In this document: positions 56,253 through 64,000 of the stretch, piece after piece | Layout of the letters: each line of letters opens with the position of its first letter | How positions within the stretch are numbered: position 1 is the stretch's first letter | From: Acetobacteraceae bacterium | GTDB taxonomy: Bacteria; Pseudomonadota; Alphaproteobacteria; Acetobacterales; Acetobacteraceae | Direction of reading: 5' to 3' | Assembly: GCA_027482245.1 (NCBI GenBank) | Contig: JAIXWG010000030.1 | Location: 7,068 to 71,067, forward strand | Length of the DNA stretch: 64,000 nucleotides | Notes under the pieces: generated by a model | What the model was told of the DNA's origin: nothing | Seen by the model: only the letters and a program-made list of their open reading frames with translations | Databases searched by the model: none | Position numbers and translations under genes: made by a program

Positions 56253-57185
56253 TCAATAGCCGGCGGTGAAGTCCACGAGGTTCATGAGCGGTTCCCCGGC
56301 CCGGGCGCGGCGGAGATTCTCCACCACCTGCGGCGCGGCGCTTTCGGGGATGGTGATGCTCGCGGCATGCGGCGTCATCACCACCTTCGGATGCGACCAG
56401 TAGGGGTGGTCCACCGGCAGCGGCTCCGGCGTGAAGACATCGAGCGCCGCACCCGCCACCTGCCCGGATTCCAGCGCCGCGAGCAGGTCTGCATCCACGA
56501 CGTGGCCGCCGCGCGCCCCGTTGATCAGGAAGGCGCCCTTCGGCAGCAGGCCCAGCGTGCGCGCATCGACGATGCCGCGCGTCTCCGGCGTCAGCGGCAG
56601 CAGGCAGACCAGGATGTTCGAGCGCGCCGCCATCTCCGCGAGGCCATCGGCGCCGTGGAAGTTCTGCACGCCCTCCACCGCCTTCGGCCGGCGCGTCCAG
56701 CCCATGACCGGGAAGCCGAGGCGCGTCAGCAGCCCCGCCGCATGCGTGCCGAGTTCGCCGAGGCCGAGGATGCCGATCCGCGTCTCCGCCGTGACGGGGG
56801 CGGGCAGTTCCTCCCACCGCTTCGCGGCCTGAAGCGCGCGGTAGTCCAGGTCCTGCCGGTGGAAGCGCAGCACGTTCAGCAGCACCCATTCGCCCATCTG
56901 GGTGGTCAGCATCCGGTCCACGAGCCGCGCCACGGGGATGCCCGGCGGCGGTCCCGGTGGGCGCAGCAGATGGTCCACGCCGGCGCCCATGGAGACGATG
57001 AGCTTCAGGTTTGGGTAGCGGCGCAGCTCCGCCATGTCGTGCGCCGTCCAGACCACCGCGGCCTCGATCGCCGCGGGGTCGCCGGCATCGGGGAACAGCC
57101 GGATGTCGAGCGTGGGATCGACGGCGAGCAGCGCGCGGCGCCACCAATCCATCGTCGCGGCCTTGGTGGAGAGCAGCACGGCCAT
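56253..57185 (-). CDS. ghrA: Glyoxylate/hydroxypyruvate reductase A (D-2-hydroxyacid dehydrogenase)
   Basis: 'GAGVDH', 'GILGLGELG', 'LLPLTPET', 'N.ARG', 'LDVF..EPL', 'TPH.AS'. Confidence 0.88.
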   Translation of the reverse strand: MAVLLSTKAATMDWWRRALLAVDPTLDIRLFPDAGDPAAIEAAVVWTAHDMAELRRYPNLKLIVSMGAGVDHLLRPPGPPPGIPVARLVDRMLTTQMGEWVLLNVLRFHRQDLDYRALQAAKRWEELPAPVTAETRIGILGLGELGTHAAGLLTRLGFPVMGWTRRPKAVEGVQNFHGADGLAEMAARSNILVCLLPLTPETRGIVDARTLGLLPKGAFLINGARGGHVVDADLLAALESGQVAGAALDVFTPEPLPVDHPYWSHPKVVMTPHAASITIPESAAPQVVENLRRARAGEPLMNLVDFTAGY

Positions 57186-57642
57186 CAGGCGGTTTCCCTG
57201 GTCAGCAGGCGCACGAGGACGCGCCAGTCATCCCGCCGCGTGGCGGCGAATTTCCGCCCATCCGGCAACTCGGCATAGAGGCTCAGCACGCCCTTCGCCC
57301 AGAGCGCGTCGAAATAGGCTTCCGAGCTGATGGCGAGCGCGGTGGTGCGTTCGAAGACGCCGTCGCGGATGCGCGGCTGGACCTTCGCGATCCACCAGTA
57401 GCAGCCCGCCGCCAGGATGGCCGCGCCGACATACCAGTGGATCAGCGCCGTGCCCCCGAAGGACGCGACGAGGATGCCCGCGGCCGGCCAGATGTTCTCC
57501 CCATGCCGGTACACCGGGCTGCCCGGGGAATTCATCTTGCGGATATGGACGCCAAGCTTGACCACCTGGCTGTCCAGCAACGCGCGCAGCAGGACCAGCG
57601 GCGGCCGGGGATCCGGCTCCGGCGCCTCCGTTTCAGCGTCAC

Positions 57643-57646
<4 letters not shown>
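57185..57646 (-). CDS. Hypothetical membrane protein
   Basis: Two hydrophobic segments; translationally coupled on both sides. Confidence 0.75.
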
Positions 57647-59252
<1,606 letters not shown>

Positions 59253-59256
<4 letters not shown>

Positions 59257-60287
59257 CGCCCGCCTCCCGGAAGTTTCCGCGGATCGAAGGCATCGCGCAC
59301 GGCCTCCCCCACGAAGATCAGCAAGGTCAGCACGCCGCCCAGCACGCAGAAGGCAGTGATGCCGAGCCACGGGGCCTGGAGGTTGTTCTTGCCCTGCGAC
59401 ACCAGCTCCCCCAGGGACGCACTGCCAGGCGGCAGGCCGAAGCCGAGGAAATCGAGGCTCGCCAGCACCGTCACCGACCCGCTCAGGATGAAGGGCAGGA
59501 AGGTCAGCGTCGCCACCATCGCATTCGGCAGGATGTGGCGGACCATCAGCGAGGTGTCCGACACCCCCATCGCCCGCGCCGCCCGCACATAGTCCAGGTT
59601 CCGCCCGCGCAGGAACTCCGCCCTGACCACGCCCGTCAGCCCCATCCAGCTGAACAGCAGCAGAAAGACCAGCAGGGTCCAGAAGCTCGGCTCGATCACG
59701 CTGGCCAGGATGATCAGCAGATACAGCTGCGGCATCCCCGACCAGACCTCGATGAAGCGCTGGAAGCCGAGATCGACCCAGCCCCCGTAATACCCCTGCA
59801 CCGCCCCCGCCGCGATGCCGATTACCGAACTGACCAGCGTCAGCGTGAAGCCGAACAGCACGGAGATGCGGAAGCCGTAGATGACGCGCGCCAGCACGTC
59901 CCGCCCCTGGTCATCCGTGCCCAGCCAGTTGCGTGCCGAAGGCGGCGCCGGCGAGGGCCGGCCGAGATCGCGCACCACCGTGTCATGCCGGAACGGAATC
60001 GCCGGCCACACCGCCCAGCCGCCGCGATCCGCGAACTCCTTCCGCAACTCCGGATCATGCCAGTCCATCGTCACCGGCAAGCCATCCGGCAGCACCTCCT
60101 CCTCCGCATAGCCGATGGCCACCGGGAACAACCACTTCCCATCCACCCGCGCGACCAAGGGCCGGTCATTCGCAATGCACTCCGCGAACAACGTCACGAA
60201 GAACAACAGCAGGAACACCCAGAGCGACCAGAACCCCCGCCGATTGGCACGGAAGTTGGCGAGGCGACGGCGTGTGATGGGGGTCAT
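59253..60287 (-). CDS. yejE: Peptide ABC transporter permease
   Basis: 'FRANRRGFWSL', 'IANDRPL', 'WLGTDDQGRDVLAR', 'VRAEFLRGRN..YV'. Confidence 0.92.
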
Positions 60288-60292
60288 GCGCT

Positions 60293-60496
60293 TGTGGCCC
60301 TTTCCAGGGGGCTTTGCCCCCTGGACCCCCACCAGGAGGCAGGGGCCTCCTGGACCACCGGCAATACATGCCCGAAGGGAGGGGGGCCGAAGTGCCCCCC
60401 TCCCTTCGGGCATATAAAGTCCCGGCGGGGCCCGGGGGGCGCCACGCCCCCCGGCGGGGGTCCGGGGGCAGCGCCCCCGGAGAGGCCACCCGCGCA
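60293..60496. repeat. Multi-hairpin palindromic element inside the yej operon, related to the 2983-3297 element
   Basis: Hairpins 60304-60324 and 60332-60353; central 20-bp stem 60368-60387/60394-60413 with the same GAAGGGAGGGG/CCCCTCCCTTC core; hairpins 60432-60454 and 60462-60480; outer GTGGCC/GGCCAC. Confidence 0.85.
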
Positions 60497-60507
60497 CACC
60501 TCCGCCA

Positions 60508-61632
60508 TCACCGCCGTGCCTCGAAGTCGATGCGGGGGTCGATGATGGTGTACATGACGTCGCCGACGATCTGCATGAGCAGTCCGAGCAGGGTGAAGAT
60601 GTAGAGCGTGGCGAACATGATCGGGTAGTCGCGGCGGATCGCGGCTTCGAAGCCGAGCAGGCCGAGCCCGTCCAGCGAGAAGACGATTTCCACCAGCAGG
60701 GCGCCGGTGAAGAGGATGCCGATGAAGGCGGCCGGGAAGCCCGCGATGATCAGCAGCATCGCGTTGCGGAAGACGTGGCCGTAGAGGACGCGGTTTTCCG
60801 TGTTGCCCTTGGCCCGCGCCGTGACGACGTATTGCTTGCCGATCTCGTCGAGGAAGCTGTTCTTCGTCAGCATCACCAGGCCCGCGAAGCCGCCGATGAC
60901 CAGCGCCAGCGTCGGCAGCACCATGTGCCAGGCATAGTCCGCGGCGCGCTGCCAGAACGGCCAGGTCTCGGAGCCCGAGGTCGCGAGCCCCCGCAGCGGG
61001 AACCACTGGAGAAACGACCCGCCGGCGAAGAAGACGACGAGCATGATGGCGAAGAGGAAGCCCGGGATGGCGTAGCCCACCAGCACGACGCCGGAGGTCC
61101 AGAGGTCGAAGCGCGTCCCGTCCCTGACCGCCTTGCGGATGCCGAGCGGGATGGAGACGAGGTAGATGATCAGCGTGGACCAGAGGCCGAGGCTGATGGA
61201 GACGGGCATCTTCTCGACGATGAGGTCGACCACCGGCCGGTCGCGGAACAGGCTGCGGCCGAAGTCGAAGGTCAGGTAGCCCAGCATCATCTCCTGGAAC
61301 CGCACATGGGCGGGCTTGTCGAAGCCGAACATCTTCTCGATGTCGCGGACGATGGCGGGGTCGAGGCCCCTTGCGCCGCGATAGTTGCCGACCGGCCCGC
61401 CGCCGGATGAGTCACCGGAGCCGAGGGAGGGTCCGGCGCTGCCGGGCTGGCGCGTCTCCCCGCCGCCCTCGCCGGTCAGCCGGCCGAGCACCTGGCCTTC
61501 GCCCCGCAGTTCCGCGAGCATCTGCTCCACGGGGCCGCCGGGGGCGAACTGCACCACGGCAAAGTTGATGACGATGATCCCGAGCAGCGTCGGGATCACC
61601 AGCAGAAGCCGGCGGAAGATGTAGGCGGCCAT
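60508..61632 (-). CDS. yejB: Peptide ABC transporter permease
   Basis: '[13 protein letters not shown]', '[11 protein letters not shown]', 'YRGARGLDP', 'FGFDKP', 'DPRIDF'. Confidence 0.93.
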   Translation of the reverse strand: MAAYIFRRLLLVIPTLLGIIVINFAVVQFAPGGPVEQMLAELRGEGQVLGRLTGEGGGETRQPGSAGPSLGSGDSSGGGPVGNYRGARGLDPAIVRDIEKMFGFDKPAHVRFQEMMLGYLTFDFGRSLFRDRPVVDLIVEKMPVSISLGLWSTLIIYLVSIPLGIRKAVRDGTRFDLWTSGVVLVGYAIPGFLFAIMLVVFFAGGSFLQWFPLRGLATSGSETWPFWQRAADYAWHMVLPTLALVIGGFAGLVMLTKNSFLDEIGKQYVVTARAKGNTENRVLYGHVFRNAMLLIIAGFPAAFIGILFTGALLVEIVFSLDGLGLLGFEAAIRRDYPIMFATLYIFTLLGLLMQIVGDVMYTIIDPRIDFEARR

Positions 61633-61647
61633 GGGCGGTGTGTGGCG

Positions 61648-63504
61648 CTACAGCGCGCGGCGGGCGTCGGGCAGCGCGCGTTCCCGCTCCGCATCCACCC
61701 ACCACCAGTCGAGGGAGAGGTTGTAGCGGGGGTTGCGTTCCGGCCGCACGAGCTTGTCCCAGTAGGCGATGCGGAAGGTGCGGCTGTGCCAGTTGGGCAC
61801 CAGGTAGTTGTAGGAGAGCAGCACACGGTCGAGCGCCCGGGTGCGCGCCACCAGTTCCTGCCGGTCCGGCGCCGTGACGACGAGTTCGACGAGTTCGTCG
61901 ATCGCGGGTTCGCAGATGCCGGCGACGTTCTGGCTGCCGGGCTCCCGCGCCTTCTCGCAGGTGAAGAAGTCCCGCTGCTCATTGCCCGGGGAGAGCGACT
62001 GGCCGATGACGTCGATCGTCATGTCGTAGTCGAATTCGTCCATGCGCTTCTGGTACTGCGCGGGATCGACGGTGCGGACGCGCACAGCCATGCCGAGCCG
62101 TTCCAGCCACTGGACGTAGGGCAGGGCCACGCGTTCGAAGGTGGCGCCCTGCAGCAGGATCTCGAACTCAAAGCGCTGGCCCTGGGCGTTCACCAGGCGG
62201 CGGTCGCGCACCTGCCAGCCCGCGGATTGCAGCAAAGCGAGGGCGCGGCGCAGCCCTTCGCGGTTGTTGCCGGAGCCGTCGGTGACGGGGAGGCGATATT
62301 CGGTCGTGAAGACCTCCGCCGGCACGCGGCCGCGGAAGCGTTCCAGGATCTCCAGCTCCCGCCCCTGCGGCAGGCCGGAGGAGGCGAGTTCGGAGTTGGA
62401 GAAGTAGGAGGTCGTGCGCGCATAGGCGCCGAAGAAGACGTTGGCGTTGAGCCATTCGAAGTCGAAGACTTCCACCATGGCGCGGCGGACGCGGGCGTCC
62501 TGGAAGATGGGGCGGCGCAGGTTCATCGCCCAGGCCTGCATGCCGGTCGGCAGCTCGTGGCGGATCTCCTCCAGCTTCACCAGGCCGCGGCGGCGGGCGG
62601 GGAAGTCGTAGGCCGTCGCCCAGTCGCGGGCGACATTCTCCGTGCGGAAGTCGATCTGGCCCGCCTTGAAGGCCTCGAGCGAGACGGTGTTGTCGCGGAA
62701 GTATTCGAAGCGGCGGACATCGATGTTGTAGTGGCCGCGCATCGTGGGCAGGTCCCGGGCCCACCAATCGGCGACACGGCGATAGACGATGCTGCGCCCG
62801 GCCTCGAAGCGTTCGATCCGGTAGGGGCCGGAGCCCAGCGGCGGCTCCAGCAGCGGGCGGGCGAAGTCGCGGCCTTGCCACCAATGCTGCGGCAGCACCA
62901 CCATCTGGCCGAGGATGAGGGCCAGTTCGCGGTTCTGGTCGTCCTTGAAGCGGAAGGTGACGCGGCGCTCGGACTCGGCCACGACCTCCGTCACATCGGC
63001 GTAGTAGGCGCGGAAGCCCGGGCGGCCGTGCTGGCGGAGCGTGTTGAAGGTCCAGACCACGTCGGCGGCGGTGACGGGGCGGCCATCATGCCAGCGGGCG
63101 GCGGGGTTCAGCTCGAAGGTCACGCCGCGGCGGTCGGCGGGCAGTTCCACCCATTGGGCCAGGTAGGGGTATTCGGTGCTGGCCTCGTCCGCGCTTTCCT
63201 TCAGCAGCGTGTCGTAGAGCAGGTTGGTGCCGACCGCCGCGGTGCCGCGGATGATGAAGCCGTTGAAGCTGTCGAAGCTGCCGAGCGCCGTCAGCGCGAC
63301 CTCTCCGCCCTTGGGCGCGCTGGGGTTCGCCCAGGGGAAATGGGTGAAATCCGCGGGCAGCGCGGGCTCCCCCAGCAGGGAGAGGGCGTGGGTGCGCACC
63401 GCCTGGCCCGGGGCGGCGCTGCCGCCGGCGGGGGTGACGGCGTGCGAAAGCCCGGGCGCGAGGCCGAGGGCGGCGGAGAGGGAGAGCAGGTCGCGGCGGC
63501 GCAT
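61648..63504 (-). CDS. yejA: Peptide ABC transporter substrate-binding protein
   Basis: Tat signal 'RRRDLL'; 'HF...NP.APKGG', 'FDSFN', 'SPGNEQ'. Confidence 0.92.
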   Translation of the reverse strand: MRRRDLLSLSAALGLAPGLSHAVTPAGGSAAPGQAVRTHALSLLGEPALPADFTHFPWANPSAPKGGEVALTALGSFDSFNGFIIRGTAAVGTNLLYDTLLKESADEASTEYPYLAQWVELPADRRGVTFELNPAARWHDGRPVTAADVVWTFNTLRQHGRPGFRAYYADVTEVVAESERRVTFRFKDDQNRELALILGQMVVLPQHWWQGRDFARPLLEPPLGSGPYRIERFEAGRSIVYRRVADWWARDLPTMRGHYNIDVRRFEYFRDNTVSLEAFKAGQIDFRTENVARDWATAYDFPARRRGLVKLEEIRHELPTGMQAWAMNLRRPIFQDARVRRAMVEVFDFEWLNANVFFGAYARTTSYFSNSELASSGLPQGRELEILERFRGRVPAEVFTTEYRLPVTDGSGNNREGLRRALALLQSAGWQVRDRRLVNAQGQRFEFEILLQGATFERVALPYVQWLERLGMAVRVRTVDPAQYQKRMDEFDYDMTIDVIGQSLSPGNEQRDFFTCEKAREPGSQNVAGICEPAIDELVELVVTAPDRQELVARTRALDRVLLSYNYLVPNWHSRTFRIAYWDKLVRPERNPRYNLSLDWWWVDAERERALPDARRAL

Positions 63505-63547
63505 GCCCACAGTTTGGGGGTTCAACCCCTCTGCCGCAACGTCCGCC

Positions 63548-64000
63548 TCAAGCAGACAGCAGGCGGGAGACTTCCGGCAGCAGGGCGGGGTCGCCCACCG
63601 CCAGCACCGTGCCGTCGCTGTCGAGGCGCAGCGGCCGCCCCGCCCAGTCCGTGCAGCGTCCGCCCGCCCCCTCGATCACCGGGACGAGCGCGGCCCAGTC
63701 CCAGGGCTTCATCGTGGCGTCCACGACGACATCCACCAGGCCGAGCGCCAGCAGCCCATAGGCGTAGCAGTCGCCGCCCCAGGTCGTGCGGCGCGCGGCG
63801 GCCTTGGCCGCGGCGAAGCGCGGCGAGGTATCCGCGTCGAACATGTCGGGGGAGGTGCAGGACAGTTCGGCCTCGGCCAGCGTGGCGCAGGGCCGGCAGC
63901 GCGGCGTGCCGCCGAAACCGGAGCGGAATTCGGTGGGCTGGCCGCTGATGCCGATCCAGCGTTCGCGCGTGGCGGGCTGGTCGATCACGCCGAGCACCGG
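63548..64000 (-). CDS. hisN: Histidinol-phosphate phosphatase, inositol monophosphatase family (5' part outside window)
   Basis: 'G.IDQP...ERW.G', 'GGDCYAY', 'KPWD.AAL.P.IEGAGG..TDW'. Confidence 0.85.
   Translation of the reverse strand, partial: PVLGVIDQPATRERWIGISGQPTEFRSGFGGTPRCRPCATLAEAELSCTSPDMFDADTSPRFAAAKAAARRTTWGGDCYAYGLLALGLVDVVVDATMKPWDWAALVPVIEGAGGRCTDWAGRPLRLDSDGTVLAVGDPALLPEVSRLLSA

Overview
Very GC-rich (about 70%) alphaproteobacterial chromosomal DNA. The gene content (Bug/TctC binding protein, HWE kinase, yejABEF-hisN, M17 peptidase next to MarR) suggests the Roseomonas/Acetobacteraceae group, but that is an inference. About 60 CDS. I saw no rRNA, tRNA, CRISPR array, transposase or integrase. 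Layout: (1) 1-14.4 kb, signalling, transport and catabolic genes. (2) 14.4-16.8 kb, a tight operon of five lipoproteins: four paralogues of an unnamed family plus one SmpA/OmlA(BamE)-like. (3) 16.9-22.1 kb, acyl-CoA cluster with pcaIJ. (4) 22.7-25 kb, SLT-SPOR and SlyB-like envelope lipoproteins. (5) 25-54 kb, a large Wzm/Wzt surface-glycan locus. It encodes a full GDP-heptose pathway coupled to a Cj1427-like 4-dehydrogenase, an NDP-sugar C-methyltransferase and two Fcl-like reductases; a Fuc4N/WbqC/acyltransferase/Fe-2OG module; six methyltransferases, two sharing an N-terminal tag; an RTX plus lectin-like propeller protein; and a 960-aa protein made of eight ~117-aa repeats I cannot assign to a family. 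(6) 54-64 kb, housekeeping genes. Two related multi-hairpin palindromic elements lie at ~3.0-3.3 kb and ~60.3-60.5 kb. Each sits at a local C-to-G skew switch, and the second is spanned by a 74-codon ORF coupling yejB to yejE. All product calls come from motif recognition; no database search was run.
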